47,020 bases of DNA from a virus (taxonomy: Duplodnaviria > Heunggongvirae > Uroviricota > Caudoviricetes), in IMG/VR virus record IMGVR_UViG_646862327_000001. One strand, given 5' to 3'. Numbering within the stretch: the stretch's first letter is position 1; each line of letters starts with the position of its first letter. Shown here one piece after another: positions 27,913-38,648 of this stretch. The notes below the pieces were generated by a model. The model was given only the letters and a program-made list of their open reading frames with translations, made no database searches and had not been told where the DNA came from. Position numbers and translations under genes: made by a program.

Positions 27913-28258
27913 TTTTCAGAATGCCTTTGATGCCGCCCTTGCCGGGGTGGACAGTACGATTGTTGAAGTGATGGGCATCAGTGCGCAGTTCACCTCCGGT
28001 GCACAGCGTGGCGGCGAGGTTCATGGCGTTTTTGACGATCCGGAGTCGCTGGGTTTTGCCAGTAGTGGGATCCGTATTGAAGGAAGTAACCCGTCATTAT
28101 TTGTGCTTACGGATACGGTTTGTGCTGTACGGCGTGGTGACACGCTGACCATTAACGGCGAGATGTTCTGGGTGGACCGTGTTTCTCCGGATGACGGAGG
28201 GAGTTGTTATCTCTGGCTCAACCGGGGGCAACCACCTGCCGCCAGCCGTCGTCGCTGA
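27905..28258 (+). CDS. FII: Head-tail connector FII
   Basis: ATG 27905 (MRDFQNAFDAALAG...); C-terminus ...WVDRVSPDDGGSCYLWL.RG.PPA..RRR as lambda FII. Confidence 0.85.
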   Translation: MRDFQNAFDAALAGVDSTIVEVMGISAQFTSGAQRGGEVHGVFDDPESLGFASSGIRIEGSNPSLFVLTDTVCAVRRGDTLTINGEMFWVDRVSPDDGGSCYLWLNRGQPPAASRRR

Positions 28259-28269
28259 AAGGGGGATGT

Positions 28270-28848
28270 ATGGCCATACAGGGTCTTGAGCAGGCCGTTG
28301 AAAACCTCAGCCGTATCAGCAAAACGGCGGTGCCCGGTGCCTCCGCAATGGCCATTAACCGCGTTGCTTCATCCGCGATATCGCAGTCTGCGTCACAGGT
28401 TGCCCGTGAGACAAAGGTACGCCGGAAACTGGTAAAGGAAAGGGCCAGGCTGAAAAGGGCCACGGTCAAAAATCCGCAGGCCAGAATCAAGGTTAACCGG
28501 GGGGATTTGCCCGTAATCAGGCTGGGTAACGCGCGGGTTGTCCTGTCCCGACGCAGGCGTCGTAAAAAGGGGCAGCGTTCATCCCTGAAAGGTGGCGACA
28601 GCGTGCTTGTGGTGGGAAACCGTCGTATTCCCGGCGCGTTTATTCAGCAACTGAAAAATGGCCGGTGGCATGTCATGCAGCGTGTGGCCGGGAAAAAACG
28701 TTACCCCATTGATGTGGTGAAAATCCCGATGGCAGTGCCGCTGACCACGGCGTTTAAACAGAATATTGAGCGGATACGGCGTGAACGTCTTCCGAAAGAG
28801 CTGGGCTATGCGCTGCAGCATCAACTGAGGATGGTAATAAAGCGATGA
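28270..28848 (+). CDS. Z: Tail completion protein Z
   Basis: ATG 28270 (MAIQGLEQAVENLSRISKTAVPGASAMAINRVASSAISQSASQVARETKV...), near-identical to lambda gpZ from memory. Confidence 0.9.
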   Translation: MAIQGLEQAVENLSRISKTAVPGASAMAINRVASSAISQSASQVARETKVRRKLVKERARLKRATVKNPQARIKVNRGDLPVIRLGNARVVLSRRRRRKKGQRSSLKGGDSVLVVGNRRIPGAFIQQLKNGRWHVMQRVAGKKRYPIDVVKIPMAVPLTTAFKQNIERIRRERLPKELGYALQHQLRMVIKR

Positions 28849-29240
28849 AACATACAGAACTCCGTGCAGCCGTACTGGATGCACTGGAAAAACATGACAC
28901 CGGGGCGACGCTTTTTGATGGTCGCCCCGCTGTTTTTGATGAGGAGGATTTTCCGGCAGTTGCCGTTTATCTCACCGGCGCTGAATACACGGGCGAAGAG
29001 CTGGACAGCGATACCTGGCAGGCGGAGCTGCATATTGAAGTTTTCCTGCCTGCTCAGGTGCCGGATTCAGAGCTGGATTCGTGGATGGAGTCCCGGATTT
29101 ATCCGGTGATGAGCGATGTCCCGGCACTGTCAGATTTGATCACCAGTATGGTGGCCAGTGGCTATGACTACCGGCGCGACGATGATGCGGGCCTGTGGAG
29201 TTCAGCCGATCTGACTTATGTCATTACCTATGAAATGTGA
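28845..29240 (+). CDS. U: Tail terminator protein U
   Basis: 131 aa, [52 protein letters not shown]... as lambda gpU. Confidence 0.9.
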   Translation: MKHTELRAAVLDALEKHDTGATLFDGRPAVFDEEDFPAVAVYLTGAEYTGEELDSDTWQAELHIEVFLPAQVPDSELDSWMESRIYPVMSDVPALSDLITSMVASGYDYRRDDDAGLWSSADLTYVITYEM

Positions 29241-29247
29241 GGACGAT

Positions 29248-29988
29248 ATGCCTGTACCAAATCCAGTAATGCCGGTGAAAGGGGCCGGGACCACACTGTG
29301 GGTTTATAAGGGGAACGGTGACCCTTATGCGAACCCGCTTTCAGACGTTGACTGGTCGCGTCTGGCTAAAGTTAAAGACCTGACGCCCGGCGAACTGACC
29401 GCTGAGTCCTATGACGACAGCTATCTCGATGATGAAGATGCGGACTGGACTGCGACCAGGCAGGGGCAGAAATCTGCCGGAGATACCAGCTTCACGCTGG
29501 CGTGGATGCCCGGAGAGCAGGGGCAGCAGGCGCTGCTGGCGTGGTTTAATGAAGGGGATACCCGTGCCTATAAAATCCGCTTCCCGAACGGCACGGTCGA
29601 TGTGTTCCGCGGCTGGGTCAGCAGTATCGGTAAGGCGGTGACGGCGAAGGAAGTGATCACCCGCACGGTGAAAGTCACCAACGTGGGACGTCCGTCGATG
29701 GCAGAAGATCGCAGCACGGTGACGGCGACAACCGGCATGACGGTGACACCCGCCAGTGCTTCCGTAGTGAAAGGGCAGAGCACTACGCTGACCGTGGCAT
29801 TCCAGCCGGAGGGCGCAACCGACAAGAGCTTCCGTGCGGTGTCTGCGGATAAAACAAAAGCCACCGTGTCGGTCAGCGGTATGACCATCACCGTGAACGG
29901 CGTTGCTGCAGGCAAGGTCAACATTCCGGTTGTATCCGGTAATGGTGAGTTTGCTGCGGTTGCAGAAATCACCGTCACCGCCAGTTAA
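29248..29988 (+). CDS. V: Major tail tube protein V (with C-terminal Ig-like domain)
   Basis: ATG 29248 ([22 protein letters not shown]...); C-terminal Big_2-like repeat region ([27 protein letters not shown]). Confidence 0.9.
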   Translation: MPVPNPVMPVKGAGTTLWVYKGNGDPYANPLSDVDWSRLAKVKDLTPGELTAESYDDSYLDDEDADWTATRQGQKSAGDTSFTLAWMPGEQGQQALLAWFNEGDTRAYKIRFPNGTVDVFRGWVSSIGKAVTAKEVITRTVKVTNVGRPSMAEDRSTVTATTGMTVTPASASVVKGQSTTLTVAFQPEGATDKSFRAVSADKTKATVSVSGMTITVNGVAAGKVNIPVVSGNGEFAAVAEITVTAS

Positions 29989-30003
29989 TCCGGAGAGTCA
30001 GCG

Positions 30004-30426
30004 ATGTTCCTGAAAACCGAATCATTTGAATATAACGGCGTGACCGTCACGCTTTCTGAACTGTCAGCCCTGCAGCGTATTGAGCATCTCGCCCTGATGA
30101 AACGGCAGGCAGAACAGGCGGAGTCAGACAGCAACCGGAAGTTTACTGTGGAAGACGCCATCAGAACCGGCGCGTTTCTGGTGGCGATGTCCCTGTGGCA
30201 TAACCATCCGAAGAAGACGCAGATGCCGTCCATGAATGAAGCCGTTAAACAGATTGAGCAGGAAGTGCTTACCACCTGGCCCACAGAGGCAATTTCTCAT
30301 GCTGAAAACGTGGTGTACCGGCTGTCCGGTATGTATGAGTTTGTGGTGAATAATGCCCCCGAACAGGCAGAGGACGCCGGGCCTGCAGAGCCTGTTTCTG
30401 CGGGAAAGTGTTCGACGGTGAGCTGA
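30004..30426 (+). CDS. G: Tail assembly chaperone G
   Basis: 140 aa; ends ...PVSAGKCSTVS; slippery heptamer G GGA AAG at 30402-30408 near its 3' end. Confidence 0.9.
   Translation: MFLKTESFEYNGVTVTLSELSALQRIEHLALMKRQAEQAESDSNRKFTVEDAIRTGAFLVAMSLWHNHPKKTQMPSMNEAVKQIEQEVLTTWPTEAISHAENVVYRLSGMYEFVVNNAPEQAEDAGPAEPVSAGKCSTVS
30402..30408 (+). promoter_or_regulatory. Programmed -1 ribosomal frameshift site (G GGA AAG) producing the G-T fusion
   Basis: Heptamer in X XXY YYZ register of the G frame; the T reading frame opens in the -1 frame at this point. Confidence 0.8.
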
Positions 30427-30842
30427 GTTTTGCCCTGAAACTGGCGCGTGAGATGGGGCGACCCGACTGGCGCGCCATGCTTGCCGGGATGTCATCCACG
30501 GAGTATGCCGACTGGCACCGCTTTTACAGTACCCATTATTTTCATGATGTTCTGCTGGATATGCACTTTTCCGGGCTGACGTACACCGTGCTCAGCCTGT
30601 TTTTCAGCGATCCGGATATGCATCCGCTGGATTTCAGTCTGCTGAACCGGTGTGAGGCTGACGAAGAGCCTGAAGGTGATGTGCTGATGCAGAAAGCGGC
30701 AGGGCTTGCCGGAGGTGTTCGTTTTGGTCCGGACGGGAATGAAGTTATCCCCGCCTCCCCGGATGTGGCGGACATGACGGAGGATGACGTAATGCTGATG
30801 ACAGTATCAGAAGGGATCGCAGGAGGAGTCCGGTATGGCTGA
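30408..30842 (+). CDS. T: T portion of the G-T tail assembly chaperone (expressed only by -1 frameshift from G)
   Basis: -1 frame ORF beginning at the slippery site and ending at the start of H; no independent start expected. Confidence 0.8.
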   Translation: MFDGELSFALKLAREMGRPDWRAMLAGMSSTEYADWHRFYSTHYFHDVLLDMHFSGLTYTVLSLFFSDPDMHPLDFSLLNRCEADEEPEGDVLMQKAAGLAGGVRFGPDGNEVIPASPDVADMTEDDVMLMTVSEGIAGGVRYG

Positions 30843-33396
30843 ACCGGTAGGCGATCTGGTCGTTGATTTAAGTCTGGATGCGGCCAGATTTGACGAGCAG
30901 ATGGCCAGAGTCAGGCGTCATTTTTCCGGTACGGAAAGTGATGCGAAAAAAACAGCGGCAGTCGTTGAACAGTCAATGAACCGACAGGCGCTGGCTGCAC
31001 AGAAAGCGGGGATTTCCGTCGGGCAGTATAAAGCCGCCATGCGTATGCTGCCTGCACAGTTCACCGACGTGGCCACGCAGCTTGCAGGCGGGCAAAGCCC
31101 GTGGCTGATCCTGCTGCAACAGGGTGGTCAGGTTAAGGACTCCTTCGGCGGGATGATCCCCATGTTCAGGGGGCTTGCCGGTGCGATCACCCTGCCGATG
31201 GTCGGGGCCACCTCGCTGGCGGTGGCGACCGGTGCGCTGGCGTATGCCTGGTATCAGGGTAACTCAACCCTGTCCGATTTCAACAAAACGCTGGTCCTTT
31301 CCGGTCATCAGTCGGGTCTGACGGCAGATCGTATGCTGGTCCTGTCCAGAGCCGGGCAGGCGGCAGGGCTGACGTTTAACCAGACCAGCGAGTCACTCAG
31401 TGCACTGGTTAAGGCGGGGGTAAGCGGTGAGGCTCAGATTGTGTCCATCAGCCAGAGTGTGGCGCGTTTCTCCTCTGCATCCGGCGTGGAGGTGGACAAG
31501 GTCGCTGAAGCCTTCGGGAAGCTGACCACAGACCCGACGTCGGGGCTGACGGCGATGGCACGTCAGTTCCATAACGTGACGGCGGAGCAGATTGCGTATG
31601 TTGCTCAGTTGCAGCGTTCCGGCGATGAAGCCGGGGCATTGCAGGCGGCGAACGAGGCCGCAACGAAAGGGTTTGATGACCAGACCCGCCGCCTGAAAGA
31701 GAACATGGGCACGCTGGAGACCTGGGCAGACAGGACCGCACGGGCATTCAAATCCATGTGGGATGCGGTGCTGGATATTGGTCGTCCTGATACCGCGCAG
31801 GAGATGCTGATTAAGGCAGAGGCCGCGTTTAAGAAAGCAGACGATATCTGGAATCTGCGCAAGGATGATTATTTTGTTAACGATGAAGCACGGGCGCGTT
31901 ACTGGGATGATCGTGAAAAGGCCCGTCTTGCGCTTGAAGCCGCCCGAAAGAAGGCTGAACAGCAGAGTCAACAGGACAAAAATGCGCAGCAGCAGAGCGA
32001 TACCGAAGCGTCACGGCTGAAATATACCGAAGAGGCGCAGAAGGCTTACGAACGCCTGCAGACACCGCTGGAGAAATATACCGCCCGCCAGGAAGAACTG
32101 AACAAGGCACTGAAAGACGGGAAAATCCTGCAGGCGGATTACAACACGCTGATGGCGGCGGCGAAAAAGGACTATGAAGCGACGCTGAAAAAGCCGAAGC
32201 AGTCCGGCGTGAAGGTGTCTGCGGGCGATCGTCAGGAAGACAGTGCTCATGCTGCCCTTCTGACGCTTCAGGCAGAACTCCGGACGCTGGAGAAGCATGC
32301 CGGAGCGAATGAGAAAATCAGCCAGCAGCGCCGGGATTTGTGGAAAGCGGAAAATCAGTTCGCAGTACTGGAGGAGGCAGCACAACGTCGCCAGCTGTCT
32401 GCACAGGAGAAATCCCTGCTGGCGCATAAAGATGAGACGCTGGAGTACAAACGCCAGCTGGCTGCACTTGGCGACAAGGTTACGTATCAGGAGCACCTGA
32501 ACGCGCTGGCGCAGCAGGCGGATAAATTCGCACAGCAGCAACGGGCAAAACGGGCCGCCATTGATGCGAAAAGCCGGGGGCTGACTGACCGGCAGGCAGC
32601 GCGGGAAGCCACGGAACAGCGCCTGAAGGAGGAGTATGGCGATAATCCGCTGGCGCTGAATAACGTCATGTCAGAGCAGAAAAAGACCTGGGTGGCTGAA
32701 GACCAGCTTCGCGGGAGCTGGATGGCAGGCCTGAAGTCCGGCTGGAGTGAGTGGGAAGAGAGCGCCACGGACAGTATGTCGCAGGTAAAAAGTGCAGCCA
32801 CGCAGACCTTTGATGGTATTGCACAGAATATGGCGGCGATGCTGACCGGTAGTGAGCAGAACTGGCGCAGCTTCACCCGTTCCGTGCTGTCCATGATGAC
32901 AGAAATTCTGCTTAAGCAGGCAATGGTGGGGATTGTCGGGAGTATCGGCAGCGCCATTGGCGGGGCTGTTGGTGGCGGCGCATCCGCGTCAGGCGGTACA
33001 GCCATTCAGGCCGCTGCGGCGAAATTCCATTTTGCAACTGGAGGATTTACGGGAACCGGCGGCAAATATGAGCCAGCGGGGATTGTTCACCGTGGTGAAT
33101 TTGTCTTCACGAAGGAGGCAACCAGCCGGATTGGCGTGGGGAATCTCTACCGGCTGATGCGCGGCTATGCCACCGGCGGTTATGTCGGTACACCGGGCAG
33201 CATGGCAGACAGCCGGTCGCAGGCGTCCGGGACGTTTGAGCAGAATAACCATGTGGTGATTAACAACAACGGCACGAACGGGCAGATTGGGCCACAGGCG
33301 CTGAAGGCTGTGTATGACATGGCCCGCAAGGGTGCCCGTGATGAAATTCAGGCACAGATGCGTGATGGTGGCTTGTTATCCGGAGGTGGACGATGA
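30835..33396 (+). CDS. H: Tail tape measure protein H
   Basis: 853 aa, long alpha-helical/coiled-coil Ala/Gln/Glu-rich central region, Gly-rich C-terminus; lambda gene order. Confidence 0.95.
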   Translation: MAEPVGDLVVDLSLDAARFDEQMARVRRHFSGTESDAKKTAAVVEQSMNRQALAAQKAGISVGQYKAAMRMLPAQFTDVATQLAGGQSPWLILLQQGGQVKDSFGGMIPMFRGLAGAITLPMVGATSLAVATGALAYAWYQGNSTLSDFNKTLVLSGHQSGLTADRMLVLSRAGQAAGLTFNQTSESLSALVKAGVSGEAQIVSISQSVARFSSASGVEVDKVAEAFGKLTTDPTSGLTAMARQFHNVTAEQIAYVAQLQRSGDEAGALQAANEAATKGFDDQTRRLKENMGTLETWADRTARAFKSMWDAVLDIGRPDTAQEMLIKAEAAFKKADDIWNLRKDDYFVNDEARARYWDDREKARLALEAARKKAEQQSQQDKNAQQQSDTEASRLKYTEEAQKAYERLQTPLEKYTARQEELNKALKDGKILQADYNTLMAAAKKDYEATLKKPKQSGVKVSAGDRQEDSAHAALLTLQAELRTLEKHAGANEKISQQRRDLWKAENQFAVLEEAAQRRQLSAQEKSLLAHKDETLEYKRQLAALGDKVTYQEHLNALAQQADKFAQQQRAKRAAIDAKSRGLTDRQAAREATEQRLKEEYGDNPLALNNVMSEQKKTWVAEDQLRGSWMAGLKSGWSEWEESATDSMSQVKSAATQTFDGIAQNMAAMLTGSEQNWRSFTRSVLSMMTEILLKQAMVGIVGSIGSAIGGAVGGGASASGGTAIQAAAAKFHFATGGFTGTGGKYEPAGIVHRGEFVFTKEATSRIGVGNLYRLMRGYATGGYVGTPGSMADSRSQASGTFEQNNHVVINNNGTNGQIGPQALKAVYDMARKGARDEIQAQMRDGGLLSGGGR

Positions 33397-33722
33397 AAAC
33401 CTTCCGCTGGAAAGTGAAACCCGGGATGGATGTGACATCGGCTCCTTCCGTCAGGGAGGTGCGCTTTGGTGATGGCTATTCCCAGCGTGCGCCTGCCGGG
33501 CTGAATGCCGACCTGAAAACGTACAGCGTGACGCTTTCTGTTCCCCGTTGGGAGGCCACGGCGCTGGAGTCGTTTCTGGCTGAGCACGGGGGCTGGAAGG
33601 CCTTTCTGTGGACGCCGCCTTATGGTTACAGGCAGATAAAGGTGACCTGCGCAAAATGGTCGTCGCAGGTCAGTATGTTGCGTGTTGAGTTCAGCGCAGA
33701 GTTTAAACAGGTGGTGAACTGA
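33393..33722 (+). CDS. M: Minor tail protein M
   Basis: 109 aa; 4-bp overlap with H; lambda gpM-like (MKTFRWKVKPGMDV...). Confidence 0.9.
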   Translation: MKTFRWKVKPGMDVTSAPSVREVRFGDGYSQRAPAGLNADLKTYSVTLSVPRWEATALESFLAEHGGWKAFLWTPPYGYRQIKVTCAKWSSQVSMLRVEFSAEFKQVVN

Positions 33723-34420
33723 TGCAGGATATCCGACAGGAAACACTGAATGAATGCACCCGTGCGGAGCAGTCGGCCAGCGTGGTGCTCTGGGAAATCG
33801 ATCTGACAGAGGTCGGTGGCGAGCGTTATTTTTTCTGTAATGAGCAGAACGAAAAAGGTGAGCCGGTCACCTGGCAGGGGCGACAGTATCAGGCGTATCC
33901 CATTCAGGGGAGCGGTTTTGAACTGAATGGCAAAGGCACCAGTACGCGCCCCACGCTGACGGTTTCTAACCTGTACGGTATGGTCACCGGGATGGTGGAA
34001 GATCTGCAGAGTCTGGTCGGCGGAACGGTGGTCAGGCGTAAGGTTTACGCCCGTTTTCTGGATGCGGTGAATTTCGTCAACGGAAACAGCGATGCCGATC
34101 CGGAGCAGGAGGTGATCAGCCGCTGGCGCATTGAGCAGTGCAGCGAACTGAGCGCGGTGAGTGCCTCTTTTGTACTGTCCACGCCGACGGAAACGGACGG
34201 CGCTGTTTTTCCGGGACGTATCATGCTGGCCAACACCTGCACCTGGACCTATCGCGGCGATGAGTGCGGTTATCACGGTCCGGCGGTCGCGGATGAATAT
34301 GACCAGCCAACGTCCGATATCACGAAGGATAAATGCAGCAAATGCCTGAGTGGCTGTAAGTTTCGCAATAACGTCGGCAACTTTGGCGGCTTCCTTTCCA
34401 TTAACAAACTTTCGCAGTAA
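33722..34420 (+). CDS. L: Minor tail protein L
   Basis: 232 aa; lambda gpL-like with C-terminal Cys cluster (CGYHG...CSKCLSGC). Confidence 0.9.
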   Translation: MQDIRQETLNECTRAEQSASVVLWEIDLTEVGGERYFFCNEQNEKGEPVTWQGRQYQAYPIQGSGFELNGKGTSTRPTLTVSNLYGMVTGMVEDLQSLVGGTVVRRKVYARFLDAVNFVNGNSDADPEQEVISRWRIEQCSELSAVSASFVLSTPTETDGAVFPGRIMLANTCTWTYRGDECGYHGPAVADEYDQPTSDITKDKCSKCLSGCKFRNNVGNFGGFLSINKLSQ

Positions 34421-34425
34421 ATCCC

Positions 34426-35169
34426 ATGACACAGACAGAATCAGCGATTCTGGCGCACGCCCGGCGATGTGCGCCAGCGGAGTCGTGCGGCTTCGTGGTG
34501 AGAACGCCGGAGGGGGAAAGATATTTTCCCTGCGTGAATATCTCCGGTGAGCCGGAGGATTATTTCCGGATGTCGCCGGAGGACTGGCTGCAGGCAGAAA
34601 TGCAGGGTGAGATAGTCGCGCTGGTCCACAGCCACCCCGGTGGTCTGCCCTGGCTGAGTGAGGCCGACCGGCGGCTGCAGGTGCAGAGTGATTTGCCGTG
34701 GTGGCTGGTCTGCCGGGGGACGATTCATAAGTTCCGCTGTGTGCCGCATCTCACCGGGCGGCGCTTTGAGCACGGGGTGACGGACTGTTACACGCTGTTC
34801 CGGGATGCTTATCATCTGGCGGGGATTGAGATGCCGGATTTTACGCGGGAGGATGACTGGTGGCGTCACGGTCAGAATCTCTATCTGGATAATCTGGAGG
34901 CAGCGGGGCTGTATCAGGTGCCGTTGTCAGCGGCGCAGCCGGGCGATGTGCTGCTGTGCTGCTTTGGTTCATCGGTGCCGAATCATGCCGCTATTTACTG
35001 TGGTGATGGCGAGCTGCTGCACCATATTCCTGAACAACTGAGCAAACGAGAGAGGTATACCGACAAATGGCAGCGACGCACACACTCCCTCTGGCGTCAC
35101 CGGGCATGGCACGCATCTGCCTTTACGGGGATTTACAACGATTTGGCCGCCGCATCGATCTTCGTGTGA
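34426..35169 (+). CDS. K: Tail assembly protein K (JAB/MPN + NlpC/P60-like)
   Basis: MTQTESAILAHARRCAPAESCGFVV...HSHPGG...; overlaps the start of I as in lambda. Confidence 0.85.
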   Translation: MTQTESAILAHARRCAPAESCGFVVRTPEGERYFPCVNISGEPEDYFRMSPEDWLQAEMQGEIVALVHSHPGGLPWLSEADRRLQVQSDLPWWLVCRGTIHKFRCVPHLTGRRFEHGVTDCYTLFRDAYHLAGIEMPDFTREDDWWRHGQNLYLDNLEAAGLYQVPLSAAQPGDVLLCCFGSSVPNHAAIYCGDGELLHHIPEQLSKRERYTDKWQRRTHSLWRHRAWHASAFTGIYNDLAAASIFV

Positions 35170-35738
35170 AAACGGGGGCTGAAGCTATCCGGGCGCTGGC
35201 CACACAGCTCCCGGCGTTTCGTCAGAAACTGAATGACGGCTGGTATCAGGTACGGATTGCCGGGCGGGATGTCAGCACGTCCGGATTAACGGCGCAGTTA
35301 CATGAGACTCTGCCTGATGGCGCTGTGATTCATATTGTTCCCAGAGTCGCCGGGGCCAAGTCAGGTGGTGTATTCCAGATTGTCCTGGGAGCTGCCGCCA
35401 TTGCCGGATCATTCTTTACTGCCGGAGCCACCCTTGCAGCATGGGGGGCAGCCATTGGGGCCGGTGGTATGACCGGCATCCTGTTTTCTCTCGGTGCCAG
35501 TATGGTGCTCGGTGGTGTGGCGCAGATGCTCGCACCGAAAGCCAGGACGCCCACAGCGACCAGCACGGATAACGGTAAGCAGAACACCTATTTCTCTTCA
35601 CTGGATAACATGGTTGCCCAGGGCAATGTTTTGCCTGTTCTGTACGGTGAAATGCGCGTGGGGTCACGCGTGGTTTCTCAGGAGATCAGCACGGCAGACG
35701 AAGGGGACGGTGGTCAGGTTGTGGTGATTGGTCGCTGA
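35067..35738 (+). CDS. I: Tail assembly protein I
   Basis: 223 aa with Gly/Ala-rich hydrophobic segment; lambda gpI-like. Confidence 0.9.
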   Translation: MAATHTLPLASPGMARICLYGDLQRFGRRIDLRVKTGAEAIRALATQLPAFRQKLNDGWYQVRIAGRDVSTSGLTAQLHETLPDGAVIHIVPRVAGAKSGGVFQIVLGAAAIAGSFFTAGATLAAWGAAIGAGGMTGILFSLGASMVLGGVAQMLAPKARTPTATSTDNGKQNTYFSSLDNMVAQGNVLPVLYGEMRVGSRVVSQEISTADEGDGGQVVVIGR

Positions 35739-35798
35739 TGCAAAATGTTTTATGTGAAACCGCCTGCGGGCGGTTTTGTCGTTTATGGAGCGTGAGGA

Positions 35799-36152
35799 AT
35801 GGGTAAAGGCAGCAGTAAGGGGCATACCCCGCGCGAAGCGAAGGACAACCTGAAGTCCACGCAGTTGCTGAGTGTGATCGATGCCATCAGCGAAGGGCCG
35901 ATAGAAGGTCCGGTGGATGGATTAAAAAGCGTGCTGCTGAACAGTACACCGGTGCTGGACAGTGAGGGAAATACCAACATCTCCGGCGTCACGGTGGTGT
36001 TCCGGGCAGGTGAGCAGGAGCAGACACCGCCGGAGGGATTTGAATCCTCCGGTTCCGAGACGGTGCTGGGTACGGAAGTGAAATATGACACGCCGATCAC
36101 CCGCACCATTACGTCTGCAAACATCGACCGTCTGCGCTTTACCTTCGGTGTG
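35799..36152 (+). pseudogene. J: Tail tip/host-specificity protein J, 5' fragment (codons 1-118), interrupted by an IS element
   Basis: MGKGSSKGHTPREAKDNLKSTQLLSVIDAISEGPIEGPVDG... matches the lambda J N-terminus; reading frame is broken at 36152 by the IS and resumes in-frame at 38739. Confidence 0.9.
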
Positions 36153-36345
36153 TGCGTATTTTCATGAAAGGAGATCACTCAATAACTTCCATCGAGATCG
36201 GGTAATAACATTTGAACAGATCGCTGAATAACATCGATGGAGATCACTTTTGACTCATTTTGTTATTCAGTGATCTCCATCAATGTTATTGGAACTTCAC
36301 AGGTGTGTTGATCTGTATCTTTTGCCATTCCGGTAAAGGATACCT

Positions 36346-37887
36346 ATGCCAACAGTTCCAATTTCTATGAGAAAACTTAAAGAAATTCTTAGGCTTAAAT
36401 ACGGTGTTGGACTCAGCCATCGACAAATTGGTCGTAGTCTTGCAATCTCCCCTTCCGTTGTATCCAGATATGCTAATCGGGCGGCTCAACTTGGCATAAA
36501 GCAGTGGCCCTTACCTACAGGATGGGATGATACAAAACTAAAACATGCGTTCCTTCAGACCCAGGTTAAGATGAAGAAGCACTCTCTGCCTGACTGGGCT
36601 ACAGTACACCGGGAACTGCGTAATAAATGCGTGACGCTGCAGCTACTCTGGGAAGAATACTGTGAGCGTAATCCAGGCGGTTTTTACAGCTATAACCATT
36701 ACTGCCGGATGTACCGTGAATGGCTCAAAACCACTTCACCATCAATGCGTCAGGTACATAAAGCTGGCGAAAAACTTTTCGTTGATTACTGTGGACCTAC
36801 CGTTGGCGTTACCGACCCTGAGACCGGAGAAATAAGAACTGCTCAGGTCATCGTAGCTGTTCTCGGGGCATCAAGTTACACATGGGCAGAGGCCACCTGG
36901 TCTCAGCAGCTTGAAGACTGGGTGATGAGTCATGTTCGCTGCTTCCAGTGGTTGGGTGGCGTTCCTGAACTTGTTGTTCCGGACAATCTGAAAAGCGCCA
37001 CATCCAGGGCATGTAAGTATGATCCTGACGTTAACCCTACCTACCAGCAGATGCTTGAGCATTATAATGTCGCAGTTTTGCCTGCGCGGCCACGTAAACC
37101 GAAAGATAAAGCCAAAGCTGAAGTTGGCGTTCAGGTTGTTGAACGCTGGATCATGGCCCGAATCAGGCATGAGATCTTCTACAGCCTTGCATCGCTTAAT
37201 CAGCGCATTCGGGAGTTGCTGGAAAGACTGAATAACAAAATAATGCAGAAGTTGGGTTATTCACGTGCAGAACTCTTCATCCAGCTTGATAAACCCGCAC
37301 TGAAGCCTCTTCCTGAAGCCAGTTACAGTTACACCCTGGTGAAGAAAGTCAGAGTTCATGCCGATTACCACGTGGAAATCGACAAACATTACTACTCGGT
37401 TCCATGTTCGCTGTTAGGCCAGCAACTGGAAGCATGGATCTCCGGAGAACTGGTAAGACTCTTCAATCAGGGGCAGGAGGTTGCTGTGCACCCGCGCAAG
37501 CGTACTTATGGCTACAGTACCCGCAACGAGCACATGCCTGAAGCTCATCGACAGCATGCCACCTGGACGCCAGAGCGTCTTCTGGAATGGGCGGGGCACA
37601 TAGGCAGTGAAACTCATAGTTATGTGCTTCATATACTGAACTCTCGTCCACATCCGGAACAAAGCTATCGCTTCTGCCTTGGACTCCTGAACCTTCATAA
37701 AAAATACAGTAAAGCCAGACTTAATGCAGCATGTGCAAGAGCTCTGAAAACAAAGGTATGGCGTCTGTCAGGTATTAAATCGATCCTGGAAAAAGGTCTG
37801 GATAAACAACCTGTTCAGGATCCAAAACCAGATCTGTTATCCACGATGGAACACGAAAACGTACGCGGCAGTGAGTATTACCACTGA
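36346..37887 (+). CDS. istA: IS21-family transposase IstA (513 aa)
   Basis: N-terminal HTH (LSHRQIGRSLAISPSVVSRY) then DDE integrase-like core; followed by istB. Confidence 0.8.
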   Translation: MPTVPISMRKLKEILRLKYGVGLSHRQIGRSLAISPSVVSRYANRAAQLGIKQWPLPTGWDDTKLKHAFLQTQVKMKKHSLPDWATVHRELRNKCVTLQLLWEEYCERNPGGFYSYNHYCRMYREWLKTTSPSMRQVHKAGEKLFVDYCGPTVGVTDPETGEIRTAQVIVAVLGASSYTWAEATWSQQLEDWVMSHVRCFQWLGGVPELVVPDNLKSATSRACKYDPDVNPTYQQMLEHYNVAVLPARPRKPKDKAKAEVGVQVVERWIMARIRHEIFYSLASLNQRIRELLERLNNKIMQKLGYSRAELFIQLDKPALKPLPEASYSYTLVKKVRVHADYHVEIDKHYYSVPCSLLGQQLEAWISGELVRLFNQGQEVAVHPRKRTYGYSTRNEHMPEAHRQHATWTPERLLEWAGHIGSETHSYVLHILNSRPHPEQSYRFCLGLLNLHKKYSKARLNAACARALKTKVWRLSGIKSILEKGLDKQPVQDPKPDLLSTMEHENVRGSEYYH

Positions 37888-37898
37888 TACGGGATCCA

Positions 37899-38648
37899 AT
37901 GATGAATCATCTTTACGAACAACTGACCGCACTTAAACTCACCGGCTTCCGTGATGCGCTTAAAAAGCAACTTGCTCAACCGGGCACATACCAGGAGCTG
38001 GGCTTCGAAGAACGCCTGTCATTACTGACAGCAGAAGAACTAACCTGCCGTGAAAACAGGAAGGCAGAGCGTCTGATCAAACATGCACGGTTCAGACTTA
38101 ATGCTGAGTTATCAAAGCTGGATTATCGTAACAATAGAGGGCTGGACAGGGCCCTCATCCGTTCACTCAGTCAGGGAAACTGGTTAACCCTGAAACAAAA
38201 TATTTTACTGACCGGGGCCACCGGCAGCGGTAAAACGTTCCTGGCATGTGCACTTGGTCATAATGCCTGCCGACAGGGATACAAGGTCTACTATTATCGC
38301 CTTAAAGCGCTGATGGAACAGTGCTATCAGGGGCATGCTGATGGAAGATACAGCAAACTTTTGACCAGGCTGAATAATAGCGATCTGCTGCTTCTGGATG
38401 ACTGGGGGCTGGAACCTCTCTCATCAGAACAGCGTAGCGACCTGCTGGAAATAGTGGATCTGATGTACCAACGAGGCTCAATCATCGTAGTGAGCCAGTT
38501 GCCGGTGGAAAACTGGTACAAAATGATCGGAGACTCCACACATGCGGATGCCATCCTAGATCGACTGGTTCATGGCAGTATCAAGATCGAACTTAAAGGA
38601 GAATCAATGCGGAAAATACAATCTCCGTTGACCGAAGGAGATCAGTGA
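37899..38648 (+). CDS. istB: IS21-family ATP-binding helper IstB
   Basis: AAA+/DnaC-like with Walker A GATGSGKT and Walker B LLLLDDWG. Confidence 0.85.
   Translation: MMNHLYEQLTALKLTGFRDALKKQLAQPGTYQELGFEERLSLLTAEELTCRENRKAERLIKHARFRLNAELSKLDYRNNRGLDRALIRSLSQGNWLTLKQNILLTGATGSGKTFLACALGHNACRQGYKVYYYRLKALMEQCYQGHADGRYSKLLTRLNNSDLLLLDDWGLEPLSSEQRSDLLEIVDLMYQRGSIIVVSQLPVENWYKMIGDSTHADAILDRLVHGSIKIELKGESMRKIQSPLTEGDQ

Noticed and set aside
31393-33005. Several 170-190-aa minus-strand ORFs inside the tape measure gene H
   Set aside because: Antisense to a gene whose identity is clear from lambda collinearity; low-complexity translations (Pro/Arg/Ala-rich) typical of spurious frames.
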